From contig JBLDXI010000040.1 of assembly GCA_047495785.1 (NCBI GenBank), positions 1-64,000 of the forward strand: DNA of 64,000 nt, read 5' to 3'. Made by a program: the position numbers and the translations under genes. Below the pieces are notes generated by a model. The model searched no databases, was not told the origin of the DNA, and saw only the letters and a program-made list of their open reading frames with translations. The DNA comes from Lepidodermella squamata (taxonomy: Eukaryota; Animalia; Gastrotricha). Every line of letters starts with the position of its first letter. The stretch's first letter is position 1. Of this stretch, positions 1 to 12,168 are shown one piece after another.

Positions 1-16
1 CACATCTCGTGAGAGT
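1..16 (+). other. Residual sequencing barcode (PacBio bc1003-type, ACACATCTCGTGAGAG+T lacking its first A)
   Basis: CACATCTCGTGAGAGT has no counterpart in the mirror arm, where the LINE ORF2 continues past 17721. It matches the bc1003 barcode sequence recalled from memory, not checked against a file. Confidence 0.85.
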
Positions 17-1435
17 ACGACAGATTGATATTTGGCTGGCGAATACTGAAGGACGTGCCCTGATGGCTGCCAAACCTACCGTTCATGCTAAATACGGCAG
101 TGACCACAACGCTATTCGTATCGAAATAAACGTCGACAGTGTAACTAAGCGGATGGAGTCGGACTCTGAAGAGAAGAGATACAACTTCAACCATGCAAAT
201 TGGCCCAAATTCAGGAAACGTCTGTCATATTGGCTACGCGAGCTGGCCGACCCAAAAATCCCACAGCCGGGCGACCCTACAACTAAAATCGACGAGTATC
301 TCGAGGCAATAGTTACAGCCATAAAACAGGCTGCGTCAGAGTCCATTCCAATCTGCAAGGCAAATGCAATCCAAGGCTGGAAACTAACGAAGCCGATCGC
401 AACAGCACTACAGCAGCGCAACGAACTTCAACAGCTGCATTGCGAAACCAGCAGCTCCTACGTAAAAACAGCACTTAACATGATCACGAAGAAAATTGCA
501 AACCTTGTCGGCGAGGAGAATCGTAAAGACTGCGAAAGATGCCTCAAATCAATTGCAAAAAACTTCAATAACCACAACCCGAGACCTGCATGGTCCGCAG
601 CCTCCAGATTGCTGAACAAGAAACAACGCAGACGGCCGCTTCCAGGTCTGAAGACATCGCTAGGCAAGGCGGTGATTCACAGCAATGCAAAAGCTGAGCT
701 GATAGCTAAGACCTTCGCCAAAGTTGTTTCCGCGCCTGCCAAAACCTCAGATTCCCCCGCAACTCAGAAGTTTTGGGCAACAGTAGACGAAGGAGTTGAG
801 AGCTCCGAGAAGACAAGCCCCTTGGCTGCTATACCTGGCTCGCTAAACGTCCGCTTACCGAAGTCTTCTCTGAAGACACTCCTCAAGAAATTGAAAAACT
901 TCAAGGCACCCGGCCACGATGAAGTCTCAAACGTTCTGCTAAAAAACGGAGGAAATAGTCTCCTTAGCCACATGCGCCGGCTCTTCGAGCTCAGTCTAAA
1001 CACGGGCTACGTACCCAAGTCGTGGAAAATTGCGATTGTCACACCAGCCTGTCTCTCAGCCTGTGTTGGCTCCTGTGGTGGATCCGTCGGCGGTTTCTCT
1101 GCAGGCCCCGCCATCCCCATATTCGGATTCGTGGCACGTCAATCGTTTGCATGTCTCTCAGCCTGTCTTGTTTGTTTCTTGAATCCCTTTTAGAAAAATG
1201 GCGAACTAATTGGTCAAAGGAGGAGATGGAGTCTTTGGAGCCATTCCTGCTCTATTGCAAAGATCTTGATCCGCCAAGGAAGCCGTCGACCGTCACGGTC
1301 AGGTATTGGCTGGAACGCTGCCGAAAGTATGGAACAAATTGGCTGGAAAAGTTTCCCCGTCGCGAACGGAGTGCTGTCCTCGGCAAAGCGCGGCAGGTCG
1401 AGCGGGAGCGGCGGATCAAGGCGCAAGCAAAATAA
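17..1435 (+). mobile_element. Mirror copy of LINE ORF2 fragment (end of endonuclease, linker, RT start) and downstream sequence
   Basis: Reverse complement of 16303-17721; contains IDIWL..GSDHNAI (APE C-terminus) and KAPGHDEVSN..LFELSLNTGYVPKSWKIAIVTP (RT start). Confidence 0.9.
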
Positions 1436-1901
1436 GAACGTTTTGCATTTGCCTCGTTTTTGATAACTCTCCGATTGAAACTGACAATAGTTTATACAGA
1501 ATTTAACATTGATTGCTTGCCTGCATTCTGAGATCTTGATGCAAGTTTCTATCACGTATTATTGAAGTCATGATTGATTTCTCGATGAGATGTTTAGATC
1601 ATGTTTCTAACTGGAACCCCAGTAGTGTTTCATGGCAGTTCTGTTGTTCTCCCAAGTTCTTATCGAAAGTTCGGACCTTGGCGGTGAATAGCAACCCAAG
1701 AAACCAGACAGATAATGATAACCAGACCCTTGGCAACCGATGCTATGATTTTTCAGTTTCAGTTTGCATCTTGCGTCTCAAGAATGCTTCCAAGGCTGGA
1801 GTTCAAAATTCGTTCGAACATGATTTTAACGATTTATTAGACGCATTTCTCCAAATTAAATAAGTTATGTCTTTCATCTTGGATCTTGGGTCATCTTAAT
1901 T

Positions 1902-2932
1902 TCAAAAGGCAGAGACGCGAACTCGGTTTTCAATGCGGATACAGCTGATTCCCTTGTAAAGCCTCGCTCCAAATTCCAGCGTCCAGGCGACCAGTTCCGC
2001 AATAATCAGCGCTACAGCAACTGGCTGGAAGTAGAAATGAGTCCTCCGATCACCGACTAGCGTGAATATGATACAGCTGATTAGGACAGGAAGTTCGACC
2101 AAATGAAAACAAGCCACAAGTTTCACCTCCCAAGCACCACGATACATTGAACTATTCGGCAGAATCATCATTCCAATTAGGAAATGCCAGGCTAGAAGTC
2201 CAAAGACGAAGAAGTCAGCTTCAAAATCCATTGGTTCACATCGAAAAACTTCCAAACTAACGCGATGGAAGGTTATAATCAACAAGGCAGCAAAGTGAAG
2301 GTTGAGTGCAGAAGTTTCGAGTTTCGGCTCAAATTTTTGGAATAAGCGCAAAACGTAGCGTTATGAACAGCTAGATTCTGCTCTTGAATATCGACGTCAA
2401 ACGATTGCTTGTAGTTGAAATTCACGAACTGAACGATTTGAATTGCCAAACTTATCGCGGTTGAAGTGATCGCTGCTAAGATGCAAACGTCCGACTCCCC
2501 TCGAGTGAAGAAATGGCGAAAATGAAATTCTGCAATAAATCCAAGGCCTAGTGTTACCGTGAAAAATGCATTCAGGCCAATAATATCGATAACATTTCCA
2601 GAGGATTGGTATTTGAAATTGGTCGCAACTCCAAATGCATAGGCCGAATAAGCGAAAATCGGGATTAGGACTCCGAAACTCGCCCAAACTTGATGAAGCT
2701 GTTCAGGGGCTGAAGATTCCAAGCATCTTTCATTCAATGAGTAGAAAACTGCAGCTGAGGCCAATGCGAAATTGATAAAGCTCGATAGACATCGTCCAGC
2801 ATTTGCGCATATTGCTAGAACCTTTACTCGGTACCTTTCGTAGTAAGGCTTAGGTCCAGGGAAAATAGGAGCGTCATCGTTCGTTTGTTCCATTGTCGAA
2901 AAATACTCAAGATTCTCATAGATACTCGACAT
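1902..2932 (-). CDS. Mirror copy of 8-TM gene 4; split by a 1-bp deletion (~2288), probably a read error
   Basis: Identical to 14805-15836 except GGCCAG>GGCAG; ORFs 2279-2932 and 1902-2351 are its two halves. Confidence 0.75.
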
Positions 2933-2980
2933 TTTACCTCGGGAAAAATTATAAAAAATATGGCTAGACGTATTTTATTG

Positions 2981-4315
2981 CTAAGCACAACATAAAATAT
3001 CGCAACAAGTCATGCGGAGAGCAAAGTCTAAAATCCAGACAATAAATGCAGTCGGATACAGGAAAAGCAACAAAGAAATTGACTCTGGAATATCGTTCCA
3101 CAAAGACCTGCCCAAAACGTGTCGATACACTGCCCAACTTAGGACAGAGAGCAGACCCAAAACAATGGCTTCAAACGTATAGGCAACAATTGCTACGTAA
3201 AAATGGTGGATACTCAAATAACGATTACGTTGGGGTAAAATTGCGAGGCTCAACAGAGTATGCCATAGGGTTAGCGAGAAAATAACTGCGAACATTGTCA
3301 TATCTTGCAGGTCTGAATCATCTCTGAAGCAAATCGGGTCGAAATTCGATAGAAATTCGTATAGCCTAGTCAAATTTTCCTCTCCGAAAACTGATGTGTC
3401 TAAACATTTCTCCGATTGATTAGTTTTTATTAAAAACTCCTCCTTAAAATCTCTATCGAAAGATGTTGAGAAGCTGTTTGAAATAAGAATGACCATCGCA
3501 ATACATCCAAAGGTACAATTTATGGTTTTCATTATTGTGGGAAGATTCTTCACGTATAAGCCTTTTCTGTAGAGAGATAGGGTGTCTAACTTGCGATTCC
3601 CAGGTACGGCTTTCGGCTTCCCGAAGAAACCAGGCCAATTATGGTTGAGTAAATCGAGAAATATGAGTAAAACTGACACACCTTCGAAACCTAGAGCTAC
3701 AACAGCCGGCCAAAATTTGTCGAGAAAGGGCCGTAGATGATATTTTGAGCCATCCTTTTCCCGGCTAAGGATAACGAATAACACCGCAGTTGCCGAACAT
3801 TGAAGACATGCGTTTGCTAAATATGTGAAGAATAGAGTGACAACTCTTATCTGAGAGTAATAGCGATCTTCGATTGATAGAAGTGAAAACGAGAAACAGC
3901 AATTGAAGAGCACAGCGAAAACACAAAATTTGAGTAAGGAAGAGACATTTGACAGACATTTAACCTCACAGTCAATTTTGACAGGTTCGAAATCCTCATC
4001 TTGGTACTTGTGTTTCGAGTTCAAGTTGCTGCAAGCAGCGAGACAAGGTGATGCGTTGAAGTAGTTGAAAGCCGTTGTGAAGGTAAAGGCTAAGGCGAGC
4101 AGTGAAACAATGCACGATACGGTTTTGATAGATTTGGCCTTTTTAGGATTTCGATGGACTGGTGGTTCTTGTTCGGCGAAGGTAATGACGGATTCTGTCG
4201 ATGTTTTACGGCTGTCTATTACTGATTCGATGGTTAGGTCTGAAATAGACAGGCTGCCAGCCGCAGAATCGCCGGAGAATCGATCACGTGGCTGAAGTTC
4301 AACTGATTTCCTCAT
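2981..4315 (-). CDS. Mirror copy of 8-TM gene 3
   Basis: Same 444-aa protein as 13421-14755. Confidence 0.8.
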   Translation of the reverse strand: MRKSVELQPRDRFSGDSAAGSLSISDLTIESVIDSRKTSTESVITFAEQEPPVHRNPKKAKSIKTVSCIVSLLALAFTFTTAFNYFNASPCLAACSNLNSKHKYQDEDFEPVKIDCEVKCLSNVSSLLKFCVFAVLFNCCFSFSLLSIEDRYYSQIRVVTLFFTYLANACLQCSATAVLFVILSREKDGSKYHLRPFLDKFWPAVVALGFEGVSVLLIFLDLLNHNWPGFFGKPKAVPGNRKLDTLSLYRKGLYVKNLPTIMKTINCTFGCIAMVILISNSFSTSFDRDFKEEFLIKTNQSEKCLDTSVFGEENLTRLYEFLSNFDPICFRDDSDLQDMTMFAVIFSLTLWHTLLSLAILPQRNRYLSIHHFYVAIVAYTFEAIVLGLLSVLSWAVYRHVLGRSLWNDIPESISLLLFLYPTAFIVWILDFALRMTCCDILCCA

Positions 4316-4508
4316 GACAAGTAAGAAAGGAATTCCCCTGATTGTTTCAGGTTAATATTAGAGTTATTTCAAGATCCTAAAGAATGCATGCAATTTCAGT
4401 ATTTCATATTTTTCAAATTTGCCTTTGTTTTTTGTTCCGCGGAAAAAAATTCGAGAGTTTAGAAACAAAACCGTTTTATTTTCCTGATTTTCGATAAAAA
4501 CAAATGCA

Positions 4509-5567
4509 TCATTGCCTCGTGATAGGAAAAAGAGTGCTAGTATCGCCCATCCACTGGGCTAAGGCCAGCGTGATAACAACAGGCGCGGCTTGTAGTGCCA
4601 CTGGAAAGAACATCCAAGCGGAAATTGTCGCAGCAGACATAACAATCATGCCAGATACGTAGAATACAAGTCCTAAATGCTTCATCGCCGAAATTTGTCG
4701 AGTGGAAACAGCTGAAATCAGGGCGACTGTCAAAATGTACTGAAGATAAACCAGTGGCAAGACTAGGTAGAAAATCCACCAAATACTGTCGTAATCGCCG
4801 AAATAGGAATCGCCAACGGATGTTCCGAAGTAGAAACTACGGAAGTAGGAATAAGTTGTGAAACTCAGCACGAAAATTAACAAATAGCAATGGTTGCATT
4901 TCAGCAGTAACTGCAGCCCATTTTGCCTCCGCCTTCTCACTATTCTGTCAATATTGATCGGCCAATTTTGGTTAGCAGCTTCGATGAAATGAAGAATGAA
5001 CTGAAGGCCATTCACTCCCATAGTCCAGTTTGATATTTGAGGGAGTAATGAGTCTTGGCGTAAATTTTCGTTCCCAATGCATGTCAAAATAAGGCAAATC
5101 AAAGACGTTGCCATTGTGATGAAAACGAAGATAAAACCAGCCAGAGTAGCTCGAGATTCGATTTTAGGATGGTCGTACTTTGTCTTGAAAACTCGACTGA
5201 ATGCGAAATGGGTGTAGACCAAGGAAAATGCGAGGCATAGTGCTATTACAGGATTCAAATGACTGGAATAGCCAAACGCCAACTTGTAGATCAGAACTGT
5301 AAAAACGATCGCCAGTGAGCATGAAAGGAATTTCGTTGCAATACCAAGCCGATGAAATCGGTGAACTGGAAAAGCCTTCTGGAGAGCTGCTTCATTGCCA
5401 ATTTTGAAACTTGCGGGATGCAGATCGAGTTGGAACAGCTTTAGATGCAGCATATCACTGCTTTTTCTCTTCGAAATGAGATTAGGCATTTTTTGAATGT
5501 TTTTCGCGTTTCCGTTGCATTTTATATGCTTTTTATTATGATTCAGTTTTTTATTACACGCGAACAT
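4509..5567 (-). CDS. Mirror copy of 8-TM gene 2
   Basis: Same protein as 12169-13227. Confidence 0.8.
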   Translation of the reverse strand: MFACNKKLNHNKKHIKCNGNAKNIQKMPNLISKRKSSDMLHLKLFQLDLHPASFKIGNEAALQKAFPVHRFHRLGIATKFLSCSLAIVFTVLIYKLAFGYSSHLNPVIALCLAFSLVYTHFAFSRVFKTKYDHPKIESRATLAGFIFVFITMATSLICLILTCIGNENLRQDSLLPQISNWTMGVNGLQFILHFIEAANQNWPINIDRIVRRRRQNGLQLLLKCNHCYLLIFVLSFTTYSYFRSFYFGTSVGDSYFGDYDSIWWIFYLVLPLVYLQYILTVALISAVSTRQISAMKHLGLVFYVSGMIVMSAATISAWMFFPVALQAAPVVITLALAQWMGDTSTLFPITRQ

Positions 5568-5683
5568 CTGCGCATTAAGGTGGGTTTATTTGAATTGCGA
5601 ACGTAAATAACAGGTATAATCATAGTAAAAATACCGGGCGCGATGATGCATACAGGTAGTTTTATGTTTTTTTTGCTGCAACA

Positions 5684-6655
5684 TCAGGTGCGTAGTGTAT
5701 TCAATGTAGTAAACAATCGGCTTATAACACAGTCCAGGAAATCGTTAATAAATAAGTCAATAATCCGGAAAATTAGTTCGATTGCGGCAATGGCTGCTAC
5801 TGCAGACATTCTTGGTATTATGCTGCTTGCCAAATTCAGCAGAATCACAGTTAAGGCCATTAAGATCGTCAATTCCACAATAATTAGCACAATCCTCAAT
5901 TTTGGCAAGCGTAACTTGAAGTTCGAAATGCCAAAGCAGAATAAACAGTGCCAATTTGCTAAAATAATCGCTATCCAATCGAGGTAAGTGAATTGTTGCG
6001 TTCTAAGGCCTGATTTGTCGATTTCGGACTTGATTTGAAGAAATTCGATGATAAGTACCGAAATGGCGATGATTAGTGCCAGTAAACAGTGAAAAATCCC
6101 GCAAATCTCCTTTGCAACAAAATGATTCTTCCGGCTTGATTCCGGCCACTTCCGCGAGAATAATTCGATGAGACACAAAATTAGACTGATTGATAGAAGT
6201 AAAGCCATAGATACTGGTAACGTTAGCAGCTGTCCATAGTTGAACTTATCTAATCCGTAACTGTAATCGAGTACCAATATAATGGCCGGAGCAGCAAGAT
6301 TGCAAGCTAATGTGGCTAAAAGCACTAGAATCTCGAATCCAAGACTCACTCTCGTGATCAAGTACCGATTGTTTGAAATCACAAGGCATAGGTACAGCAA
6401 ACTGCCGATGACGCTTGGTAGTAGCGGAATCGTAGCTCGGTAACATTCGTCGAAACAACGCAACTTGGCTCCACATTTCGTTAGACACCCGGACTGGTTG
6501 ATGTAGTCGAAGGCCAGTAGATGGGCAAGGATAAGTTGCGTAACGGCGATGACAGATTTCGCGATTTTGAGTATTACCGAAAAAAACCGATATCGGTAAT
6601 TATCGGGTTCAGGCGGCGGTATTTCGTCTGGTTTAGCACTTGTGTTATCTGCCAT
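5684..6655 (-). CDS. Mirror copy of 8-TM gene 1
   Basis: Same 323-aa protein as 11081-12052. Confidence 0.8.
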   Translation of the reverse strand: MADNTSAKPDEIPPPEPDNYRYRFFSVILKIAKSVIAVTQLILAHLLAFDYINQSGCLTKCGAKLRCFDECYRATIPLLPSVIGSLLYLCLVISNNRYLITRVSLGFEILVLLATLACNLAAPAIILVLDYSYGLDKFNYGQLLTLPVSMALLLSISLILCLIELFSRKWPESSRKNHFVAKEICGIFHCLLALIIAISVLIIEFLQIKSEIDKSGLRTQQFTYLDWIAIILANWHCLFCFGISNFKLRLPKLRIVLIIVELTILMALTVILLNLASSIIPRMSAVAAIAAIELIFRIIDLFINDFLDCVISRLFTTLNTLRT

Positions 6656-8425
6656 AATGCTTTGCCTGGCTCAAGTTGATGATGATTATGATGAAGATGG
6701 CATGAGAGCAGTGCTTAACGACGTTGTGAAGCGCTCTCTATAGGTAACAAAGCGTCGCGACATGGTAAACAAATTATTGAGCCGGCGCTTTGTTTACGAT
6801 AACGCGATTGTGTGCGCAGTATTATTTCAAGCTCACTTCCACTCTCGGAAAAAAATCAAGCAAATTAAAAAAATAACAAACAAATATATTTTGCGGGTAA
6901 ATTTTATTTAGTTCTCCTGAGCTCAGCAAGGGTCTATTTCACCGCCTCGAAAATAATTGTGAAATTCAATTTTTATTCAACTTTTGGAGCGTACCGGAGT
7001 CGACAAACAGAATCTTCGTTGTTGTCGAGCGCAGATTATACTGAGACAACCCAGAAGCCGCCCGTATTTTAGGATGAGTCAGAAGCACATCGATAGAGCT
7101 CCAGGGGCTGCTTAATACCGTATCATGATCGTATACAATTTTGGTTCCTTCGGATTCTCAATCGTACAAGAGAAGTGTTTCTGTATTCTGAGCCATCCAA
7201 GATTGCTTAAATCCACAGGCTGATGAAGTGAAAATATATGCAGTATGGACATCTCTGCACTCACAGGCAATTTACGCTTAATCTCTATTTACGGGTAAAA
7301 TTTGAGCGCGTTTACGGGTAAAACCTCTCAATAAAAATGACGCGTAAATATTGCCTAATTTTACGCTTAAATATCTTTTACGCTTCAATATTGACCTAAA
7401 TTTACGCGTTAATATCCCGACTAGGCAGACATTAACGCGTAAACCCTCAATCAAACGTTATTATTGATATTATTCTGAAATGAATCTCGGGAAAATTCCT
7501 CTACTTGCGCACATGAGGAATAAACTCAACAAAAAGACCATTGATTATACGAAGCGTGTTTTATTTCAGGTTAAACGTGGTATTTGAATTTTTTCTTAAT
7601 TAATTTTCCAGCGAGTTTCTAGGTTTAATTAATATGTTGTTTTGTTTAATAAAAATGCATTAAAATACAAGAGAGATTTTTTACATTTTTGCTTCATAAT
7701 TTGAAATCCTTCGATGAGCGCACGTTTCATACAAAATATAGGTGATGATACACGAAATCAAAGGAAGAATGAGAAAGAATGAGGAGAAGTCACAACGGGA
7801 AGAAGAAGACACATGTAGTAGTATACAGAGATATTATTATTCTCGATTAAAAAATTGAATATTTACAATTTGAATTTTTCCCCTAACAAAAAGGCTTATA
7901 TAATAACAGCATAAATACAGTATGATACAATAATATTATGGAGGAGACGCGACCACATGGAAAATACACCGCTCAAAACAGAAAAATATTTACACTAGAC
8001 GCCATAAAACATAAAGCATGAAACGGAATAACAATGTTTATTGTCGCTGGATAAATTAAGGCGTTGAATTTCGTTGAATATAGTTTGAAGAGGAGTGTTC
8101 GGAAGATTATTTTGCAAAAACGATTCGAGCTAACAACTAATAAATTGTAAGCAACGAGAGTTTAGAAATCAGCGAAATTCAGGCGACAAAGAAAAGTGCG
8201 GCAGATATGCGTCTCTCGCCCCAGGAAAGTTTTTATTCGATCTTTAATCAAAGAAAAAAATTATTCGCTCGTAATGAACGGTAATATTTACACACATTTC
8301 ATTGCATATATCGCCATAACAGCGACATCTGAGCAGCAAGCTGAGCACGCCTAAATTCTCCTTTAAGTATTGATATTTACTGAAATCTAAATTATAATCG
8401 TTGAAAATTACGGGAGCATCGATTC

Positions 8426-8995
8426 TTATACGACGGCTGAAACCAAAACATAGCCTGCAGCGCTGTCAGTGACAAAGCAAAGCACGAGTGATAAGTTGGA
8501 TTTCCCGTAGCAAAAAAATATCCCGATATTGATTAACAAAGTGATTGTTATAATGATCGCGTAATAATAAAGCAGTTTAACAAGGAGGCTAATAAGAATG
8601 AGAAAGAACAAAACGCCAATGAAACAGACGCAAAGCTTTGAACGTAAAGCGAAAACTTGACTAAGCAGTCGTGAGCGGATAACAGCTAGGAAACCTCGCG
8701 CGGACAATGCTAGCACTTTAACGGCAGCAAAGCCGGCGACGCCGGCCAACGAATATGCGATTAAAGCCAAGCCGATAGGGATTGAGAGCAAAGCGGCCGC
8801 CGACCTTTCAAGGCCGATCGCTAACTTTCCCCTCAGTCTCCGCGCCCTGAAACATAGACAACACTGTAATATATTGGAAACTAACAATTCTAAGATTCTT
8901 CTGCTTTGATCAGCGATTTTTTTGGCAAAAATGGCTTGAAAAATTAGTTTATCCAGGTTCAGAGCTTGACCCTTTTCAGCTCGAACAAATTTCAC
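8426..8995 (-). CDS. Possible hydrophobic membrane-protein exon spanning spacer and left arm
   Basis: 189-codon open frame with long hydrophobic runs (ALLSIPIGLALIAYSLAGVAGFAAV; CVCFIGVLFFLILISLLV). No ATG start and no family match recognised. Confidence 0.3.
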   Translation of the reverse strand: MKFVRAEKGQALNLDKLIFQAIFAKKIADQSRRILELLVSNILQCCLCFRARRLRGKLAIGLERSAAALLSIPIGLALIAYSLAGVAGFAAVKVLALSARGFLAVIRSRLLSQVFALRSKLCVCFIGVLFFLILISLLVKLLYYYAIIITITLLINIGIFFCYGKSNLSLVLCFVTDSAAGYVLVSAVV

Positions 8996-10289
8996 TATAG
9001 AAAAGATCGATAGTTTCCTTTCTGTTACAGTGTCGTCTATGCCCTAAATAAGCCGCTTTAGTCTATAACAGTGCGGAGTAAGAGGACTCAGTAGTTGAAA
9101 GGAATAATTGTTTCTGTTGAGTGGCGGAATCCCTTTTCAAAATTGTCAGCCGCTCCAATTCACAAATTATTGAAGAGAAATCAGCGTTTACGTGAGAAAT
9201 ATTTAACAATGAGGGATATTTTTTTGCTACGGGAAATCCAACTTATCACTCGTGCTTTGCTTTGTCACTGACAGCGCTGCAGGCTATGTTTTGGTTTCAG
9301 CCGTCGTATAAGAATCGATGCTCCCGTAATTTTCAACGATTATAATTTAGATTTCAGTAAATATCAATACTTAAAGGAGAATTTAGGCGTGCTCAGCTTG
9401 CTGCTCAGATGTCGCTGTTATGGCGATATATGCAATGAAATGTGTGTAAATATTACCGTTCATTACGAGCGAATAATTTTTTTCTTTGATTAAAGATCGA
9501 ATAAAAACTTTCCTGGGGCGAGAGACGCATATCTGCCGCACTTTTCTTTGTCGCCTGAATTTCGCTGATTTCTAAACTCTCGTTGCTTACAATTTATTAG
9601 TTGTTAGCTCGAATCGTTTTTGCAAAATAATCTTCCGAACACTCCTCTTCAAACTATATTCAACGAAATTCAACGCCTTAATTTATCCAGCGACAATAAA
9701 CATTGTTATTCCGTTTCATGCTTTATGTTTTATGGCGTCTAGTGTAAATATTTTTCTGTTTTGAGCGGTGTATTTTCCATGTGGTCGCGTCTCCTCCATA
9801 ATATTATTGTATCATACTGTATTTATGCTGTTATTATATAAGCCTTTTTGTTAGGGAAAAATTCAAATTGTAAATATTCAATTTTTTAATCGAGAATAAT
9901 AATATCTCTGTATACTACTACATGTGTCTTCTTCTTCCCGTTGTGACTTCTCCTCATTCTTTCTCATTCTTCCTTTGATTTCGTGTATCATCACCTATAT
10001 TTTGTATGAAACGTGCGCTCATCGAAGGATTTCAAATTATGAAGCAAAAATGTAAAAAATCTCTCTTGTATTTTAATGCATTTTTATTAAACAAAACAAC
10101 ATATTAATTAAACCTAGAAACTCGCTGGAAAATTAATTAAGAAAAAATTCAAATACCACGTTTAACCTGAAATAAAACACGCTTCGTATAATCAATGGTC
10201 TTTTTGTTGAGTTTATTCCTCATGTGCGCAAGTAGAGGAATTTTCCCGAGATTCATTTCAGAATAATATCAATAATAACGTTTGATTGA

Positions 10290-10465
10290 GGGTTTACGCG
10301 TTAATGTCTGCCTAGTCGGGATATTAACGCGTAAATTTAGGTCAATATTGAAGCGTAAAAGATATTTAAGCGTAAAATTAGGCAATATTTACGCGTCATT
10401 TTTATTGAGAGGTTTTACCCGTAAACGCGCTCAAATTTTACCCGTAAATAGAGATTAAGCGTAAA
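10290..10465. repeat. Degenerate TTACGCGTAA/TTACCCGTAA multimer (MITE-like subterminal repeats); mirror at ~7270-7445
   Basis: About 8 imperfect copies of the short motif at ~20-25 bp spacing. Confidence 0.5.
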
Positions 10466-11080
10466 TTGCCTGTGAGTGCAGAGATGTCCATACTGCATAT
10501 ATTTTCACTTCATCAGCCTGTGGATTTAAGCAATCTTGGATGGCTCAGAATACAGAAACACTTCTCTTGTACGATTGAGAATCCGAAGGAACCAAAATTG
10601 TATACGATCATGATACGGTATTAAGCAGCCCCTGGAGCTCTATCGATGTGCTTCTGACTCATCCTAAAATACGGGCGGCTTCTGGGTTGTCTCAGTATAA
10701 TCTGCGCTCGACAACAACGAAGATTCTGTTTGTCGACTCCGGTACGCTCCAAAAGTTGAATAAAAATTGAATTTCACAATTATTTTCGAGGCGGTGAAAT
10801 AGACCCTTGCTGAGCTCAGGAGAACTAAATAAAATTTACCCGCAAAATATATTTGTTTGTTATTTTTTTAATTTGCTTGATTTTTTTCCGAGAGTGGAAG
10901 TGAGCTTGAAATAATACTGCGCACACAATCGCGTTATCGTAAACAAAGCGCCGGCTCAATAATTTGTTTACCATGTCGCGACGCTTTGTTACCTATAGAG
11001 AGCGCTTCACAACGTCGTTAAGCACTGCTCTCATGCCATCTTCATCATAATCATCATCAACTTGAGCCAGGCAAAGCATT

Positions 11081-12052
11081 ATGGCAGATAACACAAGTGC
11101 TAAACCAGACGAAATACCGCCGCCTGAACCCGATAATTACCGATATCGGTTTTTTTCGGTAATACTCAAAATCGCGAAATCTGTCATCGCCGTTACGCAA
11201 CTTATCCTTGCCCATCTACTGGCCTTCGACTACATCAACCAGTCCGGGTGTCTAACGAAATGTGGAGCCAAGTTGCGTTGTTTCGACGAATGTTACCGAG
11301 CTACGATTCCGCTACTACCAAGCGTCATCGGCAGTTTGCTGTACCTATGCCTTGTGATTTCAAACAATCGGTACTTGATCACGAGAGTGAGTCTTGGATT
11401 CGAGATTCTAGTGCTTTTAGCCACATTAGCTTGCAATCTTGCTGCTCCGGCCATTATATTGGTACTCGATTACAGTTACGGATTAGATAAGTTCAACTAT
11501 GGACAGCTGCTAACGTTACCAGTATCTATGGCTTTACTTCTATCAATCAGTCTAATTTTGTGTCTCATCGAATTATTCTCGCGGAAGTGGCCGGAATCAA
11601 GCCGGAAGAATCATTTTGTTGCAAAGGAGATTTGCGGGATTTTTCACTGTTTACTGGCACTAATCATCGCCATTTCGGTACTTATCATCGAATTTCTTCA
11701 AATCAAGTCCGAAATCGACAAATCAGGCCTTAGAACGCAACAATTCACTTACCTCGATTGGATAGCGATTATTTTAGCAAATTGGCACTGTTTATTCTGC
11801 TTTGGCATTTCGAACTTCAAGTTACGCTTGCCAAAATTGAGGATTGTGCTAATTATTGTGGAATTGACGATCTTAATGGCCTTAACTGTGATTCTGCTGA
11901 ATTTGGCAAGCAGCATAATACCAAGAATGTCTGCAGTAGCAGCCATTGCCGCAATCGAACTAATTTTCCGGATTATTGACTTATTTATTAACGATTTCCT
12001 GGACTGTGTTATAAGCCGATTGTTTACTACATTGAATACACTACGCACCTGA
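11081..12052 (+). CDS. Intronless multi-pass (~8 TM) orphan membrane protein, family member 1
   Basis: 323 aa, ATG start, ~8 hydrophobic segments; Cys-rich loop CLTKC..CFDEC; IELFSRKWP; ANWHCLF; RIIDLF. Confidence 0.85.
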   Translation: MADNTSAKPDEIPPPEPDNYRYRFFSVILKIAKSVIAVTQLILAHLLAFDYINQSGCLTKCGAKLRCFDECYRATIPLLPSVIGSLLYLCLVISNNRYLITRVSLGFEILVLLATLACNLAAPAIILVLDYSYGLDKFNYGQLLTLPVSMALLLSISLILCLIELFSRKWPESSRKNHFVAKEICGIFHCLLALIIAISVLIIEFLQIKSEIDKSGLRTQQFTYLDWIAIILANWHCLFCFGISNFKLRLPKLRIVLIIVELTILMALTVILLNLASSIIPRMSAVAAIAAIELIFRIIDLFINDFLDCVISRLFTTLNTLRT

Positions 12053-12168
12053 TGTTGCAGCAAAAAAAACATAAAACTACCTGTATGCATCATCGCGCCC
12101 GGTATTTTTACTATGATTATACCTGTTATTTACGTTCGCAATTCAAATAAACCCACCTTAATGCGCAG

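Noticed and set aside
9-1193. Independent 394-aa gene starting MRVRQ
   Set aside because: The start codon comes from barcode-like sequence joined to a LINE fragment.
1902-2932. Diverged or pseudogenised paralog of TM gene 4
   Set aside because: It differs only by a 1-bp deletion in a likely low-coverage artefactual arm.
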